Shown here piece after piece: positions 9,014 to 18,420 of a DNA stretch of 64,000 nt (within the stretch, counting starts at the first letter, position 1; each line of letters opens with the position of its first letter). The translations under genes and the position numbers were made by a program. The DNA comes from an uncultured candidate division Zixibacteria bacterium (lineage in GTDB: Bacteria; Zixibacteria; MSB-5A5; GN15; FEB-12), in contig CAVTJJ010000004.1 of the NCBI GenBank assembly GCA_963735035.1, positions 96,001 to 160,000 of the forward strand, written 5' to 3'. Below the pieces are notes generated by a model, which saw only the letters and a program-made list of their open reading frames with translations, did not search any database and was not told the origin of the DNA.

Positions 9014-9595
9014 TCACCGGGGCCAATTGTCCATATCGTAATACGGCTCTGCCACTTGCTGCAATACAATACCCCGAAACTGGGCATATTTTGCCCCCAG
9101 ATCAGGCTGCGCTGATACAAAGGCATAGTTCGGATGGTTGCCCCAGACCCGACGGATCGCCGCCTCGATTTCAAGGGCTTCAGGGATCGATTCATTCCGG
9201 ACGTCATCGCGAGTGTAATAAGCCTCTCCCAGCGATGCCGCCGAACCGAGCTGGATCACCAACGTATAGCGCCGATGCTCTTTTTCCAGTGTAGTGCCGA
9301 CCTCGTGCATGGATTCCGGGTGAAACGCGAAAGCATCGACCGTCCCGCGATCGGTAACGAACGATCCTTTTCCGGCGGCGACTTCACGGGCAACCTGACG
9401 CGTATAGATTTCACGGTGCAGGGCGGCCTTGTTGCGGCGAATATCCGGATTCTCGCTCAGAATGATACGGGCCAACTCTTCGAAGAAGAGAAATCCGCTC
9501 ATCGGAATCTCCCGTTTCAGACGCTCCATGAACTCGGTCTTGGCCGAGCCGGGGGCGCCGGTGACGACAATTCTGTGCACCCGCTTGTCTGGCAT
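9014..9595 (-). CDS. AAA_28/NadR-like P-loop ATPase
   Basis: IVVTGAPGSAKT, E.AR, DRGTVD, RNES motifs. Confidence 0.8.
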   Translation of the reverse strand: MPDKRVHRIVVTGAPGSAKTEFMERLKREIPMSGFLFFEELARIILSENPDIRRNKAALHREIYTRQVAREVAAGKGSFVTDRGTVDAFAFHPESMHEVGTTLEKEHRRYTLVIQLGSAASLGEAYYTRDDVRNESIPEALEIEAAIRRVWGNHPNYAFVSAQPDLGAKYAQFRGIVLQQVAEPYYDMDNWPR

Positions 9596-9673
9596 TTCAG
9601 GGTAATTTACAGGTGACCGGACTGGGTGTCAAGCGAGGACGTTTCGGTCTATCGGGTGAGTTATTACCCGAAA

Positions 9674-9808
9674 GGTTGTGTCAGGTCCTGTCCCCGGCCC
9701 ACCGGAGGTGGGGTGGGGATGTGAACTGACACTACCACTTCTTCACATTAGGCGGTGTCAGTTCACACGCCCCCGATTGAAATCGGGGGCGCAGGAACTG
9801 ACACAACC
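9674..9808. repeat. REP-like double palindrome (family B)
   Basis: Inverted relative of 2744-2870. Confidence 0.8.
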
Positions 9809-9950
9809 TTTCCCAGCGTTATGGGACTTCCTCGGGAGGTCCACCGCCCAGAAGAATGGCTCGGTGCACCTTGAGAAGTGCCACCTGCACCAAGGAATTG
9901 GTTGAACTGGGCCGCCGCAGTCGCTATTCTAATGTATCAAGGAGACTGAC

Positions 9951-11123
9951 ATGAACATTTCCAAAGTACAAGAATCTCTGCGGGCAAGAAATCTCGATGG
10001 CTGGCTTCTGGCCGATTTCCACGGTCGCAACGAAATAGCCGTACGCGCGATGGACCTCTCCTCGCACCTCACCCGCCGTGCCTTCTATTTCATACCGGCA
10101 AAGGGCGAACCGACCGCACTGGTCAATCCGATAGAACAGAGCCGGTTCGCGCATGTCGCCGGAACAGTTACGGTTTATCGCGGCTATAAAGGTCTTGAAG
10201 CAGACCTGGCTAAGACTCTCAAGGGTGCGAAGAAGATCGCGATGGAGTATTCGCCCAACGGTCGATTGCCGTATATCGGACTGGTCGATGCCGGTACGAT
10301 CGAGCTGGTTCGTTCTTTCGGGGTGGAAATTGTATCGTCCGGCGATCTGGTGGCCGATTTTCAGGCCCGCCTCTCCCCCGCTCAGGTGGACAGCCATCGC
10401 AAGGCTGCGAAACTTGTTAACGCGACCAAAGATGCCGCCTTTGCATTTATCGCTGATGCGCTGAAAGCCGGGCGCACGGTCACCGAGTATGACGTCTGCC
10501 GCTTCATTGCTGATCGATTCAAAGCGGACGGTATGACTTATGACTACCCGCCGAATTGTTCGGTCGATGCCAACGCCGGGAATCCGCATTATGATCCCAC
10601 ACCGGAGAAGTGCGCGATCATTCGCAAAGGAAGCCTGATTCTGATCGATCTCTGGGCGCGTTTTGACAATGCCGACGGCGTCTATGCCGACATCACCTGG
10701 ATGGGTTTTGCCGGAAGCCGCACCGAGATCCCCAAACAGCACGTTGAGCGCTTCGCTGTAGTAATCAAGGGACGCGACGCCGCGGTAAAATACCTGAAAG
10801 AGCATATCGGCAAGCGACCGGTGCTTGGGGCGGAAGTCGATGACGCCTGCCGCGCTGTCTTCGACGACGCCGGTCTTGGCCCGCAGTTCACTCACCGCAC
10901 CGGACATTCGATCACCTGGAACGTCCATGGCGATGGTCCTAACATTGATAATCTCGAGACTGAGGACAATCGCGCACTGCAACCGGGGCATTTGTTCTCG
11001 GTTGAACCGGGTGTTTATTTCAAGGATTCCGGTATGCGTAGCGAAATAAACTGTCTCATTACTGACAACGGCCCGGAAATAGCCACCCAGCCGCTGCAAA
11101 CCGAAATCATTGCGTTGCTCTGA
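9951..11123 (+). CDS. M24 family (Xaa-Pro) metallopeptidase
   Basis: NPHY, LIDLW, YADIT, HRTGH, EPGVY, RSE metal-ligand motifs. Confidence 0.92.
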   Translation: MNISKVQESLRARNLDGWLLADFHGRNEIAVRAMDLSSHLTRRAFYFIPAKGEPTALVNPIEQSRFAHVAGTVTVYRGYKGLEADLAKTLKGAKKIAMEYSPNGRLPYIGLVDAGTIELVRSFGVEIVSSGDLVADFQARLSPAQVDSHRKAAKLVNATKDAAFAFIADALKAGRTVTEYDVCRFIADRFKADGMTYDYPPNCSVDANAGNPHYDPTPEKCAIIRKGSLILIDLWARFDNADGVYADITWMGFAGSRTEIPKQHVERFAVVIKGRDAAVKYLKEHIGKRPVLGAEVDDACRAVFDDAGLGPQFTHRTGHSITWNVHGDGPNIDNLETEDNRALQPGHLFSVEPGVYFKDSGMRSEINCLITDNGPEIATQPLQTEIIALL

Positions 11124-11125
11124 TT

Positions 11126-11719
11126 GTGTACGTTACTGATGACATGATTGCTGCGATGGCGGTCCGCTACGGCGAACCGCACCGGCGAACGTTCGAGATC
11201 GACGCGACCGCCAAGGAGCTGGCGCGGATACGTTCGTCACAGACCGAGGGTCGCAATCACGATGTCACGTTGTATATTCGCAAGGATGACCTACTGGTAG
11301 TAATCGCAAAGCATGTCTATCCCCCGGCATTGTATAGGGCGCCGTCGGGCGGACTTAAACCGGGTGAGGATTTCGAGACCGGAATAAATCGTGAGATTGC
11401 CGAGGAAACGGGCTGTCGGATAGCGCTCAAACGATTCCTGCTACAGACCGATGTCTGGTTTCGCCACAAGGACGATCATGTCTTCTGGCGTTCGTTCGTA
11501 TTTGTGGCCGACTATGTGGATGGCGATTTCCAGTACACCGACCATCATGAGATTCTCGAGGTTCATTTGGCGGCCTGGGATGATTTCGAGGCGTTCGGAC
11601 GTACCATGCGAACGATGGAATTCGGCGGCCTGCACTATCGCGCCGCACTCCACGAGACGGTCGTGGAACTCATGACCGATGAAAACCTGGCCGGTCCGAC
11701 GCGAAGGGACACGCATTGA
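11126..11719 (+). CDS. NUDIX hydrolase
   Basis: PSGGLKPGEDFETGINREIAEETG Nudix box. Confidence 0.88.
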   Translation: MYVTDDMIAAMAVRYGEPHRRTFEIDATAKELARIRSSQTEGRNHDVTLYIRKDDLLVVIAKHVYPPALYRAPSGGLKPGEDFETGINREIAEETGCRIALKRFLLQTDVWFRHKDDHVFWRSFVFVADYVDGDFQYTDHHEILEVHLAAWDDFEAFGRTMRTMEFGGLHYRAALHETVVELMTDENLAGPTRRDTH

Positions 11720-13269
11720 CGTCACGCCTGGTGAAACAATCGCTCGTGGCCGCCACTCTCGTGACGGTTGGCGGGAATATTGTTGGGCGGTTGTTTGGAT
11801 ATCTTCGCGAGGCGGTTACGGCCGGATATTTTGGCACATCGGCTGCGCTCGATATCTTTCTAATAGCGTTCGTCATCCCGGAGATTCTGACATTCATAAT
11901 ATTCGCCGCGCTGCCGACCAGTGTGATCCAATCGACTGCATCGACCGGCGAGCCGGACGATAAGCGCAACAAGGCCCTCTTCTGGAATGGCTTGTATGTG
12001 CTCGCGACGATACTTCTTGGGATAACGGCCGGTCTGGTACTGTTCCGTCATCAGATCATTCAGATAACCGCGCCGGAGTTGGTCGGTGATTCGGCGGTAG
12101 CCGCCGCGCGATTGCTTGGTATAGCGGCGGCGGTCGTGTTCTTTCGTGGTCTCGAAGCCTATTTTCGGGCGTGGCTGTTCAAGCAGAAGCATTTTGTCGC
12201 GCCGGCGCTCGCCCCGATCGTTCTCGATTTGATTTTGATCGGATGGATGATGTGGGGATATGAGTCGCTTCAGGTCGAAGTGCTCGCGTACGGTTGGCTG
12301 ACCGCCTCGGCGGTGCTGTTCCTGATTCATGCGGGGATTGTTATCGCGGTGGTCAAACCGGGTGTTCCCTGGCGACAAGACGGGGTATCGGTCAAGCCGC
12401 TGCTTCGGATGACCATGGCAGTGGCGGCGGTGGAATCGGCGTCGCTGGTGTTTCCGGCGATAGATCGGTATCTCGCGATTCGCTATCTCGGCGAAGGCGA
12501 AATCGCGGCGTTGCGCTACGCGCTGTTTTTGTCACAGGTGCCGCCCGGCATGCTGGTGGTTACGTTTGCGGCGGCGGCGTTCCCGTGGATAAGCGACATG
12601 GCAAGTTCACAGCCGGAGAAGCTAAGTGAATTCTATCGCGAGACATTGCGTCTGGTCGTATTCGTGATCACACCGCTGGCGCTGGCGTTGATAGTGTTCG
12701 CGCCCGAAGTAGTCGCGATCGCGTTCAAGCGGGGCGCTTTCGGGGAGCAATCGGTGCTGCTGACATCGGGGCCGCTGTTGTGCTACGCGCTCGGCCTGAT
12801 TTTCTACGGCGTGTATTTCTACCAGATTCGGTATTACTACGCGCGCAATCTCTTGAGCCGTCTCGGTCTGATTCTCGGCTCGACCCTGTTGTTGAAACTA
12901 GTGGCCTCAGCGGTTTTGGTGCGGTTCCTGGCGGCGAACGGCCTCGCGCTCGCGACTTCGCTGGCCTGGCTGACGACCAGTGTGATCATGACAATCGATC
13001 TGGCGCGCAATCATCAACTTCGACTGTCGTCCGACATCACAGGCTGGCTTGTGCGGCTGGTTATTTCGGTCGCAGGTGCTGGTGCAGTGTGGTTACTGGT
13101 GAGAAAGTTCTGGCCACTTTCGCCGGAGTCCGGCTTAACCTTGCAGTTCGTGTGGCTCATCTTGACGGGACTGTGCGGCTTCGCGGTCTATATCGGCCTG
13201 TCATTCGTGCTGAAAATGCCCGAACCGACGCGCGTGTGGGCGATGCTCAAGAGCCGATTTGCGAAATGA
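11716..13269 (+). CDS. MurJ/MviN-family (MOP) flippase
   Basis: GRLFGYLREAVTAGYFG..DIFLIAF.IP N-terminus, RGAF and GLALATS motifs; many TM segments; divergent, so substrate is uncertain. Confidence 0.85.
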   Translation: MTSRLVKQSLVAATLVTVGGNIVGRLFGYLREAVTAGYFGTSAALDIFLIAFVIPEILTFIIFAALPTSVIQSTASTGEPDDKRNKALFWNGLYVLATILLGITAGLVLFRHQIIQITAPELVGDSAVAAARLLGIAAAVVFFRGLEAYFRAWLFKQKHFVAPALAPIVLDLILIGWMMWGYESLQVEVLAYGWLTASAVLFLIHAGIVIAVVKPGVPWRQDGVSVKPLLRMTMAVAAVESASLVFPAIDRYLAIRYLGEGEIAALRYALFLSQVPPGMLVVTFAAAAFPWISDMASSQPEKLSEFYRETLRLVVFVITPLALALIVFAPEVVAIAFKRGAFGEQSVLLTSGPLLCYALGLIFYGVYFYQIRYYYARNLLSRLGLILGSTLLLKLVASAVLVRFLAANGLALATSLAWLTTSVIMTIDLARNHQLRLSSDITGWLVRLVISVAGAGAVWLLVRKFWPLSPESGLTLQFVWLILTGLCGFAVYIGLSFVLKMPEPTRVWAMLKSRFAK

Positions 13270-13310
13270 CTCTCTTCGGCGGCCCACCCAGCGGGCGGGT
13301 TGTTCGCCTA

Positions 13311-13676
13311 CTAGAATTGAATTCGCTTTGACCACCTGAGATTGTCTACTACGACCCATTCACTGCCACGCCTGCAAAACCAGACGGCGAAGAGCGGTGA
13401 GGACCTATTCCAGAACATCTCCATTATCTCAACAGTTGTATCGCGATAATGTGGAAACTGCTCTAGTAAGCCATAACGATACTCGAGGAGAGTATCAGAG
13501 AGCGGAAACGTCTCGCGACGATCTGCAGGTCCATACTTTGCGACGATTTCTTCAGGGCTGAGCCCATCGATGCCAGAAACCTTATAGATATTGTTTGACT
13601 CCGACAGGTAAGCCCAGTGTGCGAAGGCCATCGCGCATCCTGCGATAATGCCAATAGCTACAAATCGTTTCTTCAT
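13311..13676 (-). CDS. Hypothetical exported or membrane-anchored protein
   Basis: ORF with N-terminal hydrophobic segment and GAGG RBS. Confidence 0.6.
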   Translation of the reverse strand: MKKRFVAIGIIAGCAMAFAHWAYLSESNNIYKVSGIDGLSPEEIVAKYGPADRRETFPLSDTLLEYRYGLLEQFPHYRDTTVEIMEMFWNRSSPLFAVWFCRRGSEWVVVDNLRWSKRIQF

Positions 13677-13700
13677 ACCTCACCACCATTTACGGAGCTA

Positions 13701-13748
13701 GTAGGTCGGGTTCGCCGCATTGATCATTGGAGCGGCAAACCCGACAAC
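13701..13748 (+). repeat. GTAG REP (family C)
   Basis: gtaggtcgggttcg...aaacccgaca; inverted partner at 14567-14611. Confidence 0.75.
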
Positions 13749-13759
13749 GTGCTCGCACG

Positions 13760-14470
13760 CTACTGTGCAATCTCAAACGCCACCTCAACCGTGGCTTGCT
13801 CCTCGATCATTCCGACTGCGATATTCGAGGTGTTGTCCTCCGAACTCATAAGCATTTCCGCCGCAACATTGACGTTCCGTCTGGACCGATCGGCGTAAGG
13901 CGACAAGACATTCGTTGCGCCGCTTTCTATTACGGAGTGAATTCGACCCAAAGACCCACCTAACGCCTTGATTATCGTCTCCGCCTTTAGCCGACACGCT
14001 TCGGCGGCTTTTTCTCTTACCTTGATCCTTACTGCGAGCGGATCAGCCAGTTCGAAGCTCACGTCACGCACCTCGTCCACTCCAGCATCTACCACTCGCG
14101 ACACAAATGGACTGACAACGTTCATGTCGGTGATAGTCACGACTATCGTCGCATTTACATAATGCTTGGTCCGCTTTGCGTTGGCCGGGATTATTACATA
14201 CCGCTCCGTACGCACATCTTTCTCGGGAATGTTGTATTCTCGGGCCAGTGCATTCACCGCCGCCATCAGACTGTCTACACGGTGCTTGGCCGGCTCGAGT
14301 TTGTCCTGACGCGATTCGAGTCCCAACGTGATGACCGCCTTGTCTGGAGGGACAGAAACGACCGCATCACCCTTCACCCGGATCAATCTCAGACTGTCAC
14401 ACTCGGCGCCAAAGACCGCGGTCGAAAACACCACAAATAGAACGACACCCAACCAGATCGCCTTCTTCAT
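13760..14470 (-). CDS. SIMPL (DUF541) domain periplasmic protein
   Basis: Signal peptide; IRVKGDAVVSVPPDKA, KAETI..ALG..LG.I, ATVEVAFEI pattern. Confidence 0.88.
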   Translation of the reverse strand: MKKAIWLGVVLFVVFSTAVFGAECDSLRLIRVKGDAVVSVPPDKAVITLGLESRQDKLEPAKHRVDSLMAAVNALAREYNIPEKDVRTERYVIIPANAKRTKHYVNATIVVTITDMNVVSPFVSRVVDAGVDEVRDVSFELADPLAVRIKVREKAAEACRLKAETIIKALGGSLGRIHSVIESGATNVLSPYADRSRRNVNVAAEMLMSSEDNTSNIAVGMIEEQATVEVAFEIAQ

Positions 14471-14566
14471 TTCACTACCTCCGATAGTAAGTTCAATTTC
14501 TGAAGATTATACAATTGTCGCGCCCGAGTCTTCCCCAAAAACCATCTATCTATCTGCGGTCGAAGA

Positions 14567-14678
14567 TGTCGGGTTTGGCGCTCCAAAATCAATGGACCGA
14601 ACCCGACCTACCCGAATCTAATCCCACCCGCAAGCGGTGGGGCACCCGAGCGTCAGGCCCCGAGTTGGCCTGACCTAC
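14567..14678 (-). repeat. Composite REP cluster (family C + hairpin module + family A)
   Basis: Reverse-complement relatives of 13701-13748, 854-878 and 816-842; the GTAG foot contains the C5-epimerase stop codon. Confidence 0.75.
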
Positions 14679-15601
14679 GGCACCATCCGCCACCGCATCT
14701 TAGCCGGCAGCGTGCGAAACAAATTGATCCGGCTCGACAAATACCCCCGCCAGCGATCTTCATACTCTTTGAAGACCGGCAGCGATGTCAGCGTGTGCAT
14801 CATCGCCAACTGATTGATGTGCAGTCGATGGTACGCCCCGGTCGTTGGATTGCGCGGCGTCTCCGGCAGATGATAAAGCGACCAGTAACCGATATCGTAT
14901 CGTGGCAGCCAGGCGGCCAGAGTATTCACGCCGGAATCCCACAGCTTGGTCGCGTCGGCGTTGTCTGCTCGCGCCAGATCGCACAATCCCCACATGGCAT
15001 AGATACAGCCGTTGAGCACATGACACGACGGCTGGCACGGATATTCCTCATAGAACGGGCCGACATCATGATAGGTCGTAACACCGCCGTCGCGCACCTC
15101 GCGGGCAAACGGCCCGAGTCCGCGCACGGCTGATTCGAGATACTTGTTGTCGCCGAGTATCGCCGACGCGCGACAGAGGACTGAAATCGCCAACCCCTGA
15201 ATCATGGCCGACCGGAACGGTGGTTCGAGCCCGTATTCTTTTTTGGGAAACAACGACAACCAGGCGCCATCCCCCTGCTGATTGGCCGCCAACCATTCCG
15301 CACAGATTTGAGCCCGATTGAGATTCTCTTCGGTCTGGTGGCGTCGGTACAACTCCAGATTGGCGAGCGCGTAGATCGAGAGGTGGGTCGGAAACACCAT
15401 CACTTTCCCGAGCGCGTCGATCATCGGCAGACCGGACGGGTCAAACGGCCCGGCGAAATCGGCCCTCGGGCTGAAATCGACGTAATAGGCGAGCGGGTCA
15501 GAGCGGTCTTGAATATTGGTCGGTACCGAGTGGTAGTAGTTGTGTGACTCGAGACCAAAGTATTCAGCCAGGTTGGACAGGTTTTGGCGGATATCGGGCA
15601 T
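14675..15601 (-). CDS. D-glucuronyl C5-epimerase C-terminal domain protein
   Basis: SAMIQG.AIS, YEEYP, HVLNG, WSLY, YHRLHINQL motifs. Confidence 0.88.
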   Translation of the reverse strand: MPDIRQNLSNLAEYFGLESHNYYHSVPTNIQDRSDPLAYYVDFSPRADFAGPFDPSGLPMIDALGKVMVFPTHLSIYALANLELYRRHQTEENLNRAQICAEWLAANQQGDGAWLSLFPKKEYGLEPPFRSAMIQGLAISVLCRASAILGDNKYLESAVRGLGPFAREVRDGGVTTYHDVGPFYEEYPCQPSCHVLNGCIYAMWGLCDLARADNADATKLWDSGVNTLAAWLPRYDIGYWSLYHLPETPRNPTTGAYHRLHINQLAMMHTLTSLPVFKEYEDRWRGYLSSRINLFRTLPAKMRWRMVP

Positions 15602-15692
15602 ATGCTATTATACCGGGTAAGTTGTTGACGGGAAAGATAGTAATGTATGGCAACAGCCTCGTGCCCCAAACTGCAGGGTTCTATCCTTGCCG

Positions 15693-15847
15693 TGGCGAAC
15701 TAAGCACGGCAGGCCCGGAGGCCTGCCGATTAAGAAAGGGTCTGTTGTTTGCGAAGAGACAGGAGTCCGAGAGCCTCTTCCCCTAATCGGCAGGATTCCA
15801 CCCCTGCCTTGGCGAACTAAGCACGGCAGGCCCGGAGGCCTGCCGAT
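15693..15847. repeat. REP-like repeats (family E), two 38-bp copies
   Basis: tggcgaactaagcacggcaggcccggaggcctgccgat at 15693 and 15810; relatives at 29806-29898. Confidence 0.8.
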
Positions 15848-15875
15848 CGTAGGACAGGCCGCTAACATTAATGCC

Positions 15876-15903
15876 TTGACGGGCGGACGGTTTGTGCTAT
15901 ATT
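15876..15903 (+). promoter_or_regulatory. Sigma70-type promoter of the rpmH operon
   Basis: TTGACG-16 bp-TATATT with extended TG, ~30 bp before rpmH. Confidence 0.6.
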
Positions 15904-15931
15904 CGAGGGCTAATTTAGAAACAGGCGGAAA

Positions 15932-16084
15932 ATGAAAAGAACCTTTCAACCATCGAACCGTAAGAAACTGAACGATCACGGCTTCCGTGCCCGCATGGCG
16001 ACCAAGAACGGTCGCAAGGTGCTCGCGCGCCGTCGGGCTAAAGGCCGGAAACGGTTGGCCTCTACAGTTGGTCGGAAAAAGTAA
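15932..16084 (+). CDS. rpmH: 50S ribosomal protein L34
   Basis: Manual translation [50 protein letters not shown] (below the ORF-track size cutoff). Confidence 0.98.
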   Translation: MKRTFQPSNRKKLNDHGFRARMATKNGRKVLARRRAKGRKRLASTVGRKK

Positions 16085-16415
16085 GTTACCACGCTCGGTC
16101 AGCCTCAAGCGCCGGGTCGAAATCGATTCACTTTTCGATACGGGGCAACGCTTTCCGACCGATTTTTTCACCCTCATCTGGCAGCCGGCCGAACAGTTCA
16201 GGTATGGCGTCTTTGTCGGGAAATCTATCGGGGCGGCCACCCGGCGTAATCGGGTCAAGCGCCGCTTCCGTGAGGCCATTCGTCTTAGCCGCGCAAATCT
16301 GGGCGTCCCTGGGCTCGTGGGTATATTGCCACGCCGGGCCGACCAGGATCCGCCGCTGGAACGGTTGATCAACGATGTCACTCGGGTCTTTGAGCAAATC
16401 AGTCGCAACAAGTGA
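16068..16415 (+). CDS. rnpA: Ribonuclease P protein component
   Basis: [17 protein letters not shown] (RNR motif); position after rpmH; start uncertain. Confidence 0.92.
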   Translation: MVGKSKLPRSVSLKRRVEIDSLFDTGQRFPTDFFTLIWQPAEQFRYGVFVGKSIGAATRRNRVKRRFREAIRLSRANLGVPGLVGILPRRADQDPPLERLINDVTRVFEQISRNK

Positions 16416-16650
16416 CCGGCCGAGCCTCGCCGCCTGGCCGCTTATTCTGCTTATCTATTTGTATCGCATAACGTTATCACCTATTTTGCAGTACTGTTTT
16501 GGGGTCAATTGCCGCTACTACCCCACTTGCTCCCACTATGCCGAGGACGCCCTCCGGAAATACGGAGCACGGCGCGGGAGCATCATGGCGGCCAAACGAC
16601 TGTTCCGGTGCCACCCGTGGCACGAGGGAGGGTTTGACCCGGTCAGGTAG
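16375..16650 (+). CDS. yidD: Membrane protein insertion efficiency factor YidD
   Basis: CRYYPTCSHYA...RCHPWHEGGFDPV. Confidence 0.95.
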   Translation: MSLGSLSKSVATSDRPSLAAWPLILLIYLYRITLSPILQYCFGVNCRYYPTCSHYAEDALRKYGARRGSIMAAKRLFRCHPWHEGGFDPVR

Positions 16651-16701
16651 ACCGGCCGTCAACTACCGCCGACTCGAAATTCTTCGACGGCAGACAAGGA
16701 T

Positions 16702-18420
16702 GTGGTCTTGGACAAGAAATCAATTGTCATTATCGTTCTCTTGGCCGTACTGGTCATCTTCTACTGGCCAATTCTCGAGAAATTCGGTCTGGTCAAACCG
16801 CCTGAACCGCCGGCCACTCCGACCACGGTCGACACGGTTCAATTGGCCCCCGGTCAGACGCCGGCCGCGACCGGCACCCCGTCTGTTTTAGATTCCGGCG
16901 GAACCACGGCTCTGATCGTCACGCCGCCGATCGATTCCATCAAGATTGACACCCTGGTCGTCGAGACCAATAAGTACCGCGTCCTTCTGTCTTCTCTGGG
17001 TGGTGGACCGGTCTCGATTCAGCTCAAAGACTACACGTATCGCGACGGTCGCCCGATCGAGTTGATTCCGAACGGCACCCGCTCCGACCTGGATGCGTCG
17101 TTCGGTGGCGGGACATTCTCGACATCGTCTATACCGTTTGTCTGTAATTTTCCCGCAGGCTCGCAAGACGCCACCAAGCAGCCGCTCGAAGTTGTCTATA
17201 CCTACGCCGGTCCGAACGGCGGCAAGATTGTCCGCAGTTTTGTGTTTCGCCCGGATGACCATTCGTTCGATCTGAAGTTCGCGGTCGAGGATCCGTCGCG
17301 TCTCGGATTCGAGCGTGAGTATCAGATCGGGTTCAATACTCCCCTGGCTCCGACCGAGCCGGACCTTCGTGACGACTGGACCAACATGCAGGCGGCCTCG
17401 ATGATGGCCGGATCGCGGGCGAAGCTGGATGATTTCAACGACGGGGTGCTGAAGCAAACCATCGAGGGCGATGCCACCTGGGTTGGTATCCGCTCAAAAT
17501 ATTTCGCGTCGATTCTGATTGCGCGAAGTCGCAACGCCGAGGGAGTTTACGCCAACGGTCGTAAGCAGGATGTTATGACGGCCGACGGCGGTATGCTCGA
17601 AGAGAAGCATATCACGGCCGGTTTCAAGATGCCGTTTGCGTCTTCCGGGACGGTCGTCGACAGCTTCACCGTGTTTGCCGGGCCTCTCGACTACATGATG
17701 ATGTCCGATTACAATGTCGGTCTGCAGGATATGCTTGATATCGGCACCACGCCTTATGTCGGCTGGATCATCAAGCCGTTTGCCATAGCGATCATGTGGA
17801 TCATGCCGATTCTGTACGGCGTCTTTCCCAACTATGGCATCGTCATCATAGTATTCGCACTGTTGGTCAAGCTGATAACGCTGCCGCTTTCGCTGAAATC
17901 ATTCAAATCGATGTCGGCAATGCGCGAGTTGCAGCCCAAAGTGGACGATCTCAAGAAGCGATATCCGAAAGATCCCCAGAAACTCAACACGGAGATGATG
18001 AAGCTCTACAAAGAGCACGGCGTCTCACCGTTGTCGGGTTGTCTGCCGATGCTGCCGCAGATGCCTTTGATCTTCGCACTCTTCTCTGTTTTCCGCGCGA
18101 CCATTCTCCTGCGCAACGCGCCGTTCTTCTGGTTTCTCGACGATCTTTCGCGCGGCGCCCAGTCGTTCACCGATCCATATATCATTCTCGTACTGCTCAT
18201 GATTGTCGCCCAGTTCTACTCGCAGAAACTTACCATGGCCTCGGGACAGCAGAACAAGATGTTGATTTATCTGATGCCTCTGTTCATGGGCTTCATCTTC
18301 TACAAGTTCGCGGCCGGATTGGTGTTATACTGGACAATAACCTCCGCATTATCGATGGTTGACTATCTTCTTCTGAGACGTAAGAAGAACCTGCAGGTGA
18401 AGACAATCGGCACGGTATGA
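16702..18420 (+). CDS. yidC: Membrane protein insertase YidC
   Basis: NYGIVII, ELQPK, P..GCLPML.QMP, G..LYW motifs; synteny. Confidence 0.97.
   Translation: MVLDKKSIVIIVLLAVLVIFYWPILEKFGLVKPPEPPATPTTVDTVQLAPGQTPAATGTPSVLDSGGTTALIVTPPIDSIKIDTLVVETNKYRVLLSSLGGGPVSIQLKDYTYRDGRPIELIPNGTRSDLDASFGGGTFSTSSIPFVCNFPAGSQDATKQPLEVVYTYAGPNGGKIVRSFVFRPDDHSFDLKFAVEDPSRLGFEREYQIGFNTPLAPTEPDLRDDWTNMQAASMMAGSRAKLDDFNDGVLKQTIEGDATWVGIRSKYFASILIARSRNAEGVYANGRKQDVMTADGGMLEEKHITAGFKMPFASSGTVVDSFTVFAGPLDYMMMSDYNVGLQDMLDIGTTPYVGWIIKPFAIAIMWIMPILYGVFPNYGIVIIVFALLVKLITLPLSLKSFKSMSAMRELQPKVDDLKKRYPKDPQKLNTEMMKLYKEHGVSPLSGCLPMLPQMPLIFALFSVFRATILLRNAPFFWFLDDLSRGAQSFTDPYIILVLLMIVAQFYSQKLTMASGQQNKMLIYLMPLFMGFIFYKFAAGLVLYWTITSALSMVDYLLLRRKKNLQVKTIGTV

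Noticed and set aside
9924..11099. 391-aa minus-strand ORF
   Set aside because: Antisense shadow of the M24 peptidase; no motifs.
15608..16411. 267-aa minus-strand ORF
   Set aside because: Antisense to rpmH/rnpA and runs through REP repeats.
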